Shown here one piece after another: positions 1 through 8,028 of a stretch of 32,000 nt of DNA (the stretch's first letter is position 1; every line of letters begins with the position of its first letter). A program made the translations under genes and the position numbers. The stretch is from Candidatus Aenigmatarchaeota archaeon (GTDB taxonomy: Archaea > Aenigmatarchaeota > Aenigmatarchaeia > JACPZZ01): the NCBI GenBank assembly GCA_016202815.1, contig JACQNZ010000002.1, positions 48,228 through 80,227 of the forward strand. Direction: 5' to 3'. Below the pieces are notes generated by a model that made no database searches, had not been told where the DNA came from, and saw nothing but the letters and a program-made list of their open reading frames with translations.

Positions 1-289
1 GGAGGACAGTGTTTTGCTGAGGAGGATAGGCTCCAAGATGGGTGTTTCTTATGAATCGTTGATGGCTGACCTGCAGGAAAAGGAAAAGGTCCTGAGATGG
101 CTCTTTGAAAAGAAGCTGGGCAAGTTCGAAGACGTTGCGAACATGATCAACCTATATTACAAGGACAAAAAAACCCTTATGGAATGGGTCGGCAGCAAGA
201 TGGAACCTTACGCGACAATAAGCAAAGAGGACGTGAAAAACCTCAAGACCACGGCATCTGGGATGAGGGTGCTGGGCGAAAAAGTTTGA
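1..289 (+). CDS. C-terminal fragment of a type IV filament assembly ATPase (PilB/ArlI(FlaI)/GspE-like); the 5' part lies outside the window
   Basis: The frame is open from nt 2, with no stop before the TTG at 14. The tail LRRIGSKMGVSYESLMADLQEKEKVLRWLFEKKLGKFEDVANMINLYYKD resembles the helical C-terminal tail I recall from archaeal FlaI/PilB-type ATPases. A KaiC-like ATPase and two T2SS-F-type membrane proteins follow on the same strand. Confidence 0.5.
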   Translation, partial: EDSVLLRRIGSKMGVSYESLMADLQEKEKVLRWLFEKKLGKFEDVANMINLYYKDKKTLMEWVGSKMEPYATISKEDVKNLKTTASGMRVLGEKV

Positions 290-337
290 TCCGTTCACGT
301 TTAATTGTACAAAACTGCAATACAAAAAAGTGATTTG

Positions 338-1024
338 ATGGACCGCACAACAACAGGCATAACAGGCTTCGACGAGATGATAACCGGCGGTTTGCCAAAA
401 AATTCGCTTACCCTGCTGACAGGCACATGCGGCACCGGGAAAACCACATTTTGCGCACAATTCCTGTACAACGGCGCAACGAGGTTCGGTGAAAGGGGGG
501 TTTACATATCGTTCGAGGAAAGTCCCGAACTCGTAAAGATGGACATGAAACAGTTCGGCATGGATTTCGACGCGCTGGAAGCGGAAAGGAAGGTCGTGTT
601 CATCAAATACGACCCGTACCACATAGAAGACATTTTCGACATCATAGAATCAAACGTCCGGTTAACAGGCGCGACGCGCGTCTGCATAGACTCGATATCA
701 GCGCTGGGCCTGTACGTGCGCGATATCCCGGAACTGCGGCGGATGATTTTCAACCTGGGCATGACACTGCGAAAGCTGAACTGCACGTCGATAATCACGT
801 CGGAGATACCGCCGGGCTCCACCGGCATATCGCGCTTCGGTGTCGAGGAGTTTATCAGCGACAGCGTGATAGTGCTTTACTACTTCAAGTCGGAAACAAC
901 ATTCACGCGCGCCATAACCATCTGGAAGATGCGCGCGACCAACCACTCGAAAAAGATCCACCCGTATGAAATCAATGAAACGGGATTCGTGACATACCCG
1001 CAGGAAGAAGCCGTCATGAAGTAG
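338..1024 (+). CDS. KaiC/RecA-superfamily single-domain ATPase (ArlH/FlaH-like)
   Basis: TGITGFDEMITGGLPKNSLTLLTGTCGTGKTTF is a KaiC-type N-terminus with a Walker A motif, and RVCIDSIS is Walker B-like. I prefer the ATG at 338 (GTGAT Shine-Dalgarno-like motif 3 nt upstream) over the TTG at 305. Confidence 0.7.
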   Translation: MDRTTTGITGFDEMITGGLPKNSLTLLTGTCGTGKTTFCAQFLYNGATRFGERGVYISFEESPELVKMDMKQFGMDFDALEAERKVVFIKYDPYHIEDIFDIIESNVRLTGATRVCIDSISALGLYVRDIPELRRMIFNLGMTLRKLNCTSIITSEIPPGSTGISRFGVEEFISDSVIVLYYFKSETTFTRAITIWKMRATNHSKKIHPYEINETGFVTYPQEEAVMK

Positions 1025-1065
1025 CAATTTTAAGCAGCGGACGGCACTATATTATATAGATTCTA

Positions 1066-1941
1066 ATGCCGCAAAGACTGGTCTCTCTCGCAACAGGAGT
1101 TTTCGGATGGATACCGGAAAAATTTGGGAAAGAGCTGCAACCGGTGAAATTGGGCCTGGAAAAATCGGGCATGAAATACCTGCTAAAGACATGGGTGTCC
1201 ATATCCGCTGCGGCCGGCATCGGGGCCGCACTTTTCTCCATTCTGATAATCGGAGCCGTTTCTATAACCCTGGGCATGGAACCCGCGAACATCGTGATGC
1301 TGTCCCTGCTGCTTCCGCCGCTGTTCGGAACGCTGACATTCACCGGCATGGTGTTTTACCCGTACCAGAAAGCCATATCCAGGAAAAGGTCCATAGACAC
1401 GAACCTGCCGTTCGCGCTAAACCACATGGCCGCGATAGCCGCGTCCGGAGTTCCGACGTACGTCATGTTCAACCTTCTGGCAACGTTCAAGGAATACGGT
1501 GAAATTTCGGCTGAGGCAAAAAAAATAATCAGGAACGTGGACACTTTCGGGTTGAGCATAACCGTCTCGATACAACAGGTTGGCGAGCGCACGCCGTCAA
1601 AAAATTTCAAACAATTGTTGGAAGGAATAAGGTCCAGCATAGAGACCGGAGGCGACTTGAAAAAATACCTGAGTGACCAGGCCAAGAACGCGCTGTTCGA
1701 TTACAGGATAAAAAGGGAGAAGTATATGGAACTGTTGGCAACGTACGCGGACTTCTACACGGCCATGCTTATCGCAGCCCCGCTGTTCCTTGTTTCGATA
1801 TTGACTGTCATGAACATGATCGGTGGGGCATTGGGCGGCGCTTCCATAGAAAGCGTAATGGTACTCGGCATTTTTGTTGCGCTCCCGCTTGTTAACATAG
1901 CGTTCCTTTTGTTCGTTCATATAACTCAGCCAGAGGTTTAA
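1066..1941 (+). CDS. Type IV filament membrane platform protein, T2SS-F domain (TadB/TadC/ArlJ-like), half-size copy 1
   Basis: 291 aa with N- and C-terminal TM helices flanking a soluble helical domain (LPFALNHMAAIAASGVPTYVMF, GGDLKKYL), as in GspF/TadC/FlaJ repeats. It sits next to the ATPases. Confidence 0.65.
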   Translation: MPQRLVSLATGVFGWIPEKFGKELQPVKLGLEKSGMKYLLKTWVSISAAAGIGAALFSILIIGAVSITLGMEPANIVMLSLLLPPLFGTLTFTGMVFYPYQKAISRKRSIDTNLPFALNHMAAIAASGVPTYVMFNLLATFKEYGEISAEAKKIIRNVDTFGLSITVSIQQVGERTPSKNFKQLLEGIRSSIETGGDLKKYLSDQAKNALFDYRIKREKYMELLATYADFYTAMLIAAPLFLVSILTVMNMIGGALGGASIESVMVLGIFVALPLVNIAFLLFVHITQPEV

Positions 1942-1944
1942 AGC

Positions 1945-2814
1945 ATGGTATTGAAGAAAAAAGGCCTGGTGAACTGGATTCTTCGTAACAAGAAGAAGAC
2001 CGCAGTCATCGGAACATCGCTTGTAACCGCGATGATAATTACCGCAATAAACTTCCTCTATTTCACCCACGATGCCACGATTTTCCAGATCCTGGGATCG
2101 TTGGCAGTGTTGTTATCGCTGGGCCCGTCCCTGACAATAAGCTACTCAGAATATTCCAGGTCAAGGGAAATAGAAACCGTGTTTCCCATGTACATAACCG
2201 ATGTCGTTGACGGTGTCCGTGCAGGCATGACGCTGCCAATAGCGATGAAAGCCGCCGCAAAGCACGATTACGGCAAGCTTAACCCGTCGATCAGGCAGAT
2301 GGCCGCGCAAATGGACTGGGGCGTCCCGTTTGACGATGTTTTACGGGCATTCTCGGAAACTGTCGGCACGCCGCTGATAAGGCGTACCGTAGCAACGATA
2401 ATAGAAACCCACCGGTCCGGCGGGAATATAGTTGAAGTCCTGCAGGCCGTATCCGGTGCTGTTCTGGAGGTGAACAAAATAAAATCCGAACGCGCCTCGC
2501 ATATCTATGGCCAAATGATCACAGGTTACACCATATTTTTCGTGTTCTTGGCCGTCCTTATCGGACTGCAAAAATTCCTCCTGCCGTCCCTGTCCGGCTT
2601 GGGCGGAAGCCTTGAAGGCGGCATTTCGGGAAATGTCAGTTCAGGCCTGTACGACCTGATGTTCACTGCGATGATAATTATTCAGGGGACGTTTTCAGGC
2701 CTCGCAATAGGCAAGATGGCAGAAGGCTCAATATTCGGCGGGCTCAAGCACTCCGTTGCCCTAGTTTCAATCGGTTATGGGGCATGGGTCGCGGCCGGCG
2801 CGGTTGTTATTTAG
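1945..2814 (+). CDS. Type IV filament membrane platform protein, T2SS-F domain, half-size copy 2
   Basis: 289 aa with the same architecture (LPIAMKAAAKHDYGKLNPSIRQMAAQMDWGVPFDDVLRAF, ETHRSGGNIVEVL). It starts 3 nt after the stop of copy 1. Confidence 0.65.
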   Translation: MVLKKKGLVNWILRNKKKTAVIGTSLVTAMIITAINFLYFTHDATIFQILGSLAVLLSLGPSLTISYSEYSRSREIETVFPMYITDVVDGVRAGMTLPIAMKAAAKHDYGKLNPSIRQMAAQMDWGVPFDDVLRAFSETVGTPLIRRTVATIIETHRSGGNIVEVLQAVSGAVLEVNKIKSERASHIYGQMITGYTIFFVFLAVLIGLQKFLLPSLSGLGGSLEGGISGNVSSGLYDLMFTAMIIIQGTFSGLAIGKMAEGSIFGGLKHSVALVSIGYGAWVAAGAVVI

Positions 2815-2824
2815 GAAGGTTTTC

Positions 2825-3532
2825 ATGCCTGCTGAAAACGGTTTTGAAGCGATAAACCGGCGCGACAATGCCAGAAACCAAAGCGGTTACGGCAGCAAAA
2901 TCAAAGGGCGCGGCATAGACAAGCCCGCAATGGTGATGGAATACACCGAAAACGTGCGTGATGGGAATACCGATTACACCGTAACCGTCAAAAATTATGT
3001 CTGGCAAAAAGGCTTTCGCATCCCGGTGGGTCAGTACGCAAAACCCGACCATGAGGCAATGATATTCATAACAAACAATGCGACCGGCAGGACGCACGCG
3101 TTGACCTATTCGCACAATGAAAGGGTTTACTGGAAAAACGTAAAACCGGGCAAGGATGGCAAATACGAGGTCAGGATGCCTACATCGTGGCACACACCAA
3201 CCTTGGCCAAAGGCACCTACGAAAAGGTCTCATGGGACGGCAGCGAAAAGGGTATTAAAAAGTTTACATCTCACATAGATCCCAGGGAGGGCCGCGCCAC
3301 TTTATGGTATACAAAAGGCGCGCAGAAATTTGCTGAAATGACGCAAAAAATTTTAAGGCACGCCGGCCAGGAACTGCCGGAAACTGTTATGGCGGTTCCG
3401 ATAAATCCTGAAAAGCCGTCGGCTTTTTACAAGGGAAAAAATACACTGACCAGCGACGTCAGGACAGCCTTCACAAGGCCGTCGGAATTGTACCAAAGAA
3501 TGGAAAGTTCCGGAAGTAAAAGGAAAAAATAA
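2825..3532 (+). CDS. Hypothetical soluble protein co-oriented with the platform genes
   Basis: ATG at 2825 preceded by GGAAGG, 10 nt after the previous stop. 235 aa with no TM segment and a basic C-terminal tail (SGSKRKK). I recognise no family motif. Confidence 0.5.
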   Translation: MPAENGFEAINRRDNARNQSGYGSKIKGRGIDKPAMVMEYTENVRDGNTDYTVTVKNYVWQKGFRIPVGQYAKPDHEAMIFITNNATGRTHALTYSHNERVYWKNVKPGKDGKYEVRMPTSWHTPTLAKGTYEKVSWDGSEKGIKKFTSHIDPREGRATLWYTKGAQKFAEMTQKILRHAGQELPETVMAVPINPEKPSAFYKGKNTLTSDVRTAFTRPSELYQRMESSGSKRKK

Positions 3533-3544
3533 TTTATCGCGCCG

Positions 3545-4045
3545 CTACATAAACTTTATGTCGCTGGACTCTATCGTGGCTGTCGCTGCCGCGTTGGATC
3601 CGCTGCAGTTGTGCGGTATTCTAACGCGCGTTATTGCGTTGCTGTCAACGCTTGTGTTGCTCACGGAAACAGGCACGCCCGGCGCCAAACTAAGGTTGGC
3701 CGGTGAAATAATGTACTCCGAGCTTGTGCCGTTGTTGAAAAGCACTATCATCCTGAAATCGCCCAGTGGCACGTTGCCCTGGTTGATAACTTCCGTGGAA
3801 AACCTCTTTGTAGTTGAATTGTAAACCGGGGTTTCAAACGCCAACCACGCCGACGAGCACCCGACTTGCTTCGATCCTTTTTCGTTTAGTATCTGCGTCT
3901 GTGTGCGCGAATAATCCAGCACCCAGTTGCTTAATATAATTGCTACGGCCATAGTGAATGCGACAAGAAGGACTGTCGCTACCAGCGGAGACAGCCCCTT
4001 TTTACCATTCTCTTTTGATTGAACTTTTAGTAAAAGTTCATACAT
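3545..4045 (-). CDS. Archaeal type IV pilin-like protein (class III signal peptide), paralog 1
   Basis: N-terminus MYELLLKVQSKENGKKG/LSPLVATVLLVAFTMAVAIIL, i.e. a basic leader ending in KG followed by a hydrophobic helix. It has 2 Cys and 5 N-x-S/T sequons. TATA-like AATATTTATT lies about 28 nt upstream. Confidence 0.75.
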   Translation of the reverse strand: MYELLLKVQSKENGKKGLSPLVATVLLVAFTMAVAIILSNWVLDYSRTQTQILNEKGSKQVGCSSAWLAFETPVYNSTTKRFSTEVINQGNVPLGDFRMIVLFNNGTSSEYIISPANLSLAPGVPVSVSNTSVDSNAITRVRIPHNCSGSNAAATATIESSDIKFM

Positions 4046-4082
4046 GATCAGTATTCGCCGACCTTAGCAATAAATATTAGCC

Positions 4083-4562
4083 TTACTGGCCTGTGACCGT
4101 GCCGGCAACAACGTACCTGCTCTGGCACACAGCCGTCACGCGCACCTCTTTCCAGGCAACGCCCGAAGGTATCTGGCCTGTTAGCAGGTAATTGGTCAGT
4201 TTCACAGAAGAACCGACCCCCAGGTTCCTGACAACGCTGTCAGTGTTCGGCGACGTCGTATTAACATAAGTCACGCCGTTTGCGTCCCTTACTGTGAAAC
4301 CTGTGATGTTCAATATTTCAGAACCTGTTGAATACGTAACCGTAACATTTGTGATGTTGCTTATGACTGAAATATCGTCGCGGTCTATGGACAGCGTCGA
4401 ATACGCGCACAGCGTCTGCTGCTCGCCCCGCGCGCCGATGTTGGATGTCTGCTGCTGGGTAAAATCGGTTATCCATGTGACCACAACCAATGCCGTGGCC
4501 ATCGTGAACGCGACCAATAAAACCGCCGCTATCAGAGGTGAAACGCCTTTCAGATGTCTCAT
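4083..4562 (-). CDS. Archaeal type IV pilin-like protein, paralog 2
   Basis: MRHLKG/VSPLIAAVLLVAFTMA. I prefer the start at 4562 because it avoids overlap with the upstream paralog (stop at 4573). It has 2 Cys and 4 sequons and is closely similar to paralog 3. Confidence 0.75.
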   Translation of the reverse strand: MRHLKGVSPLIAAVLLVAFTMATALVVVTWITDFTQQQTSNIGARGEQQTLCAYSTLSIDRDDISVISNITNVTVTYSTGSEILNITGFTVRDANGVTYVNTTSPNTDSVVRNLGVGSSVKLTNYLLTGQIPSGVAWKEVRVTAVCQSRYVVAGTVTGQ

Positions 4563-4572
4563 AACAACCCTT

Positions 4573-5043
4573 CTAGAACTTGACCGTACCCGTAACAACG
4601 TACTGGCTCTGGCACAATCCGGTCACGCGGAACTCCGATAGACCTAAACCGCTTGGTATATTACCTGTAAGGTTATAATTCACAAATTTTCGGCTTTCGC
4701 CTACGCCCATATTTCTTGCTGTTGAGTCTGCATTGAGGTTCGTTACATTGACATACGTCATCCCATTTACATCCCTCAGTGTGAAGCCTGTTATGTTTAT
4801 GGTTTCGGTTCCACCCGAGTATGTGATGGTCGCATTCATGTAAGCACCGATAACATTTACATCGTCCTTGTCGACGCTAAGAACGGAATAGCTGCACAAG
4901 ACCTGCCGCTCGCCGCGCGTGCCGATATTAGACGTCTGCTGCTGGGTAAAGCCTGTTATCCATGTGACAATGATAGCCGCCACAGCCATAGTGAACGCGA
5001 CAAGAAGGACTGACGCAATAAGCGGTGATATTCCCTTTCTCAT
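4573..5043 (-). CDS. Archaeal type IV pilin-like protein, paralog 3
   Basis: MRKG/ISPLIASVLLVAFTMA. The ATG at 5043 has GGAG about 6 nt upstream. It has 2 Cys and 4 sequons. Confidence 0.75.
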   Translation of the reverse strand: MRKGISPLIASVLLVAFTMAVAAIIVTWITGFTQQQTSNIGTRGERQVLCSYSVLSVDKDDVNVIGAYMNATITYSGGTETINITGFTLRDVNGMTYVNVTNLNADSTARNMGVGESRKFVNYNLTGNIPSGLGLSEFRVTGLCQSQYVVTGTVKF

Positions 5044-5091
5044 ATTTTTCTCCTTTTGATAATATAGTCCCAAAATCATATATAAAGCTTG

Positions 5092-5553
5092 TCAGACGCT
5101 CTTGTCAACAAACGAATATTCGGGACAATTCGAAACAACCCGGAACCTGGTTATGTTCGAAACCCCATTAACTATGAACGACCGCGGCTCGCCGGGCGGT
5201 AATGTAGTGTTTTGCCTGCCCACAACGCTGACGTCTGTATCGAGCGAAATGCGACCGATCCCGCTGCCGTTGTAAAGGAACAGCGTAAAGTTCTGCAGGC
5301 CTATCCTGCCGTCGTTGTTTATTATGAGGATCAGCTGGTTGCCGGCCTTGTCGTACGTGTAGGTATCAAGGTTCATGCGCGCGTAAACGCAGTTCGCTTC
5401 GTTGCCTTTTGTTGTTAACGTGGACGTTTGCTGCGTCATGTACTGCGTCGCCCATGTGGCCAGAATGGCCGCTATCGCCATGGTAAACGATATCAAAAGT
5501 ACCGAAGCGACCAGAGGTGAGACTCCCTTACCAAGAGGCGCCTTATCAACCAT
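5092..5553 (-). CDS. Archaeal type IV pilin-like protein, paralog 4
   Basis: MVDKAPLGKG/VSPLVASVLLISFTMAIAAIL. It has 2 Cys and 4 sequons. An AT-rich TATA-like stretch lies about 35 nt upstream. Confidence 0.75.
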   Translation of the reverse strand: MVDKAPLGKGVSPLVASVLLISFTMAIAAILATWATQYMTQQTSTLTTKGNEANCVYARMNLDTYTYDKAGNQLILIINNDGRIGLQNFTLFLYNGSGIGRISLDTDVSVVGRQNTTLPPGEPRSFIVNGVSNITRFRVVSNCPEYSFVDKSV

Positions 5554-5597
5554 GATATAATTTTTGTGTTTGTCTCTTATTAAATATAGTTTTAGAA

Positions 5598-5921
5598 TCA
5601 GGCTGTGTATTTCTTGGTTATCTCTATGATCTTCGCTGTGTCGCCGTCTGAAAGGTCTATGATATCCTTCTGGAACAAGACCTTTACCTCTTCCGCTGTT
5701 TTGGGCAGGTTGTTTATGATTTTTACGACCAGGTCCTCGCGCAGCTTTTCCACGGAGCGCAACTCCTCGGCTATCTTTTCATCGTCTTCCAGTTTCGAAA
5801 ATTTGCGAAGATGTTCCATGCTGGATTTCTGCTCGTAACTTAACGTGCCTTCCTTCTCCCTGTCCTCCAGCATTTTTTTTGCTTTCGGGTATGATATGAA
5901 CTTTTCCTCTATGGTTTTCAT
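5598..5921 (-). CDS. rpoF: DNA-directed RNA polymerase subunit Rpo4 (RpoF)
   Basis: 107 aa with the pattern YPKAKKMLEDREKEG...EQKSSMEHLRKFSKL...KIINNLP...VKVLFQK typical of archaeal RpoF. It shows the conserved rpl21e-rpoF adjacency with an ATGA overlap. Confidence 0.75.
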   Translation of the reverse strand: MKTIEEKFISYPKAKKMLEDREKEGTLSYEQKSSMEHLRKFSKLEDDEKIAEELRSVEKLREDLVVKIINNLPKTAEEVKVLFQKDIIDLSDGDTAKIIEITKKYTA

Positions 5922-6202
5922 TTTTCCAGCCTCTTGATGTGTTGCGGCTTCACGGCCAGAGTCTTCATTTTGTTGCCGTCCATTACGCTGACAACGTAGG
6001 CGTCGCCGCGCCTGCCTTTGACTTTTCCTGCCATCCCCTTGAACCTGGGAAACGGCATGCCTTGCGGGGACGCGGAATCGGGCAATATTACAACTGTGTC
6101 GCCCTCCTCAAAGGCCTGAAGATACCTAGTAATGGGCGTTTTGGAATGTTTCCTAAGCTTTTTCTTTGTTCCCCAGCGCACACCGTGCGATCTTGTTACC
6201 AT
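5918..6202 (-). CDS. rpl21e: 50S ribosomal protein L21e
   Basis: The sequence MVTRSHGVRWGTKKKLRKHSK...GDTVVILPDSA...FPRFKGMAGKVKGRRGDAYVV is a classic L21e sequence. Confidence 0.9.
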   Translation of the reverse strand: MVTRSHGVRWGTKKKLRKHSKTPITRYLQAFEEGDTVVILPDSASPQGMPFPRFKGMAGKVKGRRGDAYVVSVMDGNKMKTLAVKPQHIKRLEK

Positions 6203-6218
6203 TTTCTCACCGTTTAGA

Positions 6219-6253
6219 CTGAAGCGTGTCTATGCTACACTGACACGCTTCTG
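6219..6253. repeat. Diverged member of the same hairpin family, between pus10 and rpl21e
   Basis: CTGAAGCGTGTC-TATGCTACACT-GACACGCTTCTG has a 10-bp perfect stem, the same GAAGC/GCTTC base, and the same TATGCT loop start as copy 3. Confidence 0.5.
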
Positions 6254-6274
6254 TTTACTTAGCCTATAAATGTA

Positions 6275-7555
6275 TTAAACCTTGATATTCTCTATCTTCA
6301 CAACATCCAAAGCCTTTACCTTGGCCTTGTTGCCCAGAATTCCGGTAAATGACGGCTCTGTGCGGCCGTCGTCGCCTGTCACAAGCTCCTTTACATACAT
6401 GCCGGCCTCGGTCTTTATCAGAAACTCGGCCCGCCTCTTGGACAATATGCTGCCGGTCAACCCGAGTATCCGCCTTTCGCGGACCAGGTCAGCCCTGCGG
6501 TGCGCAACCCTGCTCGGCGTGCGCTGCTTTACCAAGCTCTTTATCTTGATTATCTTCCTCAAATCCTCCCTGTTGACAGGCTTTTCAAAATCAACTATTA
6601 TCCTGTATGTCTTTGTCAGCCTGGCCGCCTTTATTTTTCTTGCCGTATCCTTGTCGCAGAACTTAACCAGCCGCACCTTGACGCGCCTGTCTTTGTTTAC
6701 CTGCTTTTCCATTTTTTTCAGGTCGATATTTCGCAGTATTGGCTTTTCCAATTCCATCACAAACGGCCGCCAACCTAGGCAGCGCGCGTCTATGTCCTCG
6801 CGTCCAGCGCCGTGCATGCTGCTGCCAGACGCTTTAGCGGCCTTTAACATAGGTTTCGCTATTATTTCCTCCACGGATGTCGCATACATCCTGCCTTTGT
6901 TTTTGCATTGTTTGCAGCCGGCGCCGCCGCAATGCCTGCACGGCCACTTTGTCTGCGGTATGCCGCGTACCAGCTTCTGGTACAGGCCGTAAACCCATAC
7001 CTGCGAGGGCTTTATCTCAACGTCGCCTTTGCCCATGTCAAAAAGGACCGTAATGTCGGGATTTTCAAAATTCGCTTTTTTGCCTGTCTGCTTTTCCAGC
7101 AATTTTCCAAGTTCCCTGTTTATTTCAGCCTTTATCGGTTCGCAATGTTCTGTGCCTATTTCTTCCCACAACGCCTCTTCGTTCGTGACGACGCTGCCGG
7201 CGACTTTTGTGCCAACGACAAAACTCCGATACTCAAATCCGGAAAGTTTTTTTACAGCTTTTTTGGAAATCGTGTCCAGGTTGTCGAAAAAATTGGAACA
7301 GATCCTGCATGATTTTTTTTGCTTTTCTTTCTTCATTTTCGAATTTCGGAAAACGTAGCCGGCCAGATTTGACTTGTCTATCGGGGTTTCCTCGCCGGCA
7401 TCCTCTGCAAATGCGAAAATGTCCCTGATCGCCTTTCCTCTGGAATCATTAGTCGTTCCTTTGGTCAGCTGGCCAAACTGCCGCCCGAGGCAATGGTCGC
7501 ATATGTAACCGTTCTTCAGTATCGTCTCGGCCCTTTCCAAAACTTTTGTTGTCAT
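6275..7555 (-). CDS. pus10: tRNA pseudouridine synthase Pus10
   Basis: 426 aa with N-terminal CxxC zinc motifs (CDHC, CRIC, CRHC..CKQC), a THUMP-like middle region and a C-terminal PUS core (RTPSRVAHRRADLVRER...GMYVKELVTGDDGRT). Confidence 0.8.
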   Translation of the reverse strand: MTTKVLERAETILKNGYICDHCLGRQFGQLTKGTTNDSRGKAIRDIFAFAEDAGEETPIDKSNLAGYVFRNSKMKKEKQKKSCRICSNFFDNLDTISKKAVKKLSGFEYRSFVVGTKVAGSVVTNEEALWEEIGTEHCEPIKAEINRELGKLLEKQTGKKANFENPDITVLFDMGKGDVEIKPSQVWVYGLYQKLVRGIPQTKWPCRHCGGAGCKQCKNKGRMYATSVEEIIAKPMLKAAKASGSSMHGAGREDIDARCLGWRPFVMELEKPILRNIDLKKMEKQVNKDRRVKVRLVKFCDKDTARKIKAARLTKTYRIIVDFEKPVNREDLRKIIKIKSLVKQRTPSRVAHRRADLVRERRILGLTGSILSKRRAEFLIKTEAGMYVKELVTGDDGRTEPSFTGILGNKAKVKALDVVKIENIKV

Positions 7556-8025
7556 ACTTTCCTCACTGTTGCATTATCCTTGTCTATCTCGATCACCGCG
7601 CAATGCGGTTTTTCGTTCCCGCAACCTGTCGCGGAGCCCGGGTTGACGAATATTATCCCGTCCCTCTCCCACGTTTCCTGTGTGTGCGTGTGCCCGTAAA
7701 TTAGGATGTCGCAGCCATATCTTTTCGCTATTGCGAATAGCTGGTCTTTGTCGCCTCTCGGCAATATTTCATCACTATGCGTAATAACTATCTTTTTTCC
7801 TTCTATATCAATGCTCTCCATTTTAGGCAGATCCAAATGGTCCATGTTTCCCCTTACGATTTTATGCGGTTTGCCGGATTTTTTAACAAAGTCTATGATT
7901 TCCTCTCCTGTCAGGTCACCGGTGCAAACAATAAAATCACAGGCATAAAGTTCTTCGCGTATTTCATCGGGTATTTCGCTGGCACGATCCGGAACGTGCG
8001 AATCCCCGAATACGCCGATTTTCAT
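7552..8025 (-). CDS. MJ0936/YfcE-type metallophosphoesterase
   Basis: Motifs GDSH, CTGDL, RGNMD, THSD and YGHTH appear in the canonical order. 157 aa. Confidence 0.8.
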   Translation of the reverse strand: MKIGVFGDSHVPDRASEIPDEIREELYACDFIVCTGDLTGEEIIDFVKKSGKPHKIVRGNMDHLDLPKMESIDIEGKKIVITHSDEILPRGDKDQLFAIAKRYGCDILIYGHTHTQETWERDGIIFVNPGSATGCGNEKPHCAVIEIDKDNATVRKV

Positions 8026-8028
8026 GCG

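Noticed and set aside
1-5553. Interpretation of the first locus as a complete archaellum operon
   Set aside because: There are no archaellin-type subunits (the N-termini are pilin-type KG/VSPL..., and the products are only about 150 aa). There are no ArlF/G/C/D/E/X genes. The platform is split Tad/Epd-style. Only the KaiC-like ATPase is archaellum-like.
6282-6992. A 236-aa ORF antisense to pus10
   Set aside because: It is a shadow ORF within a confidently identified gene. The translation is S/L/F-rich with no recognisable motif or start signals.
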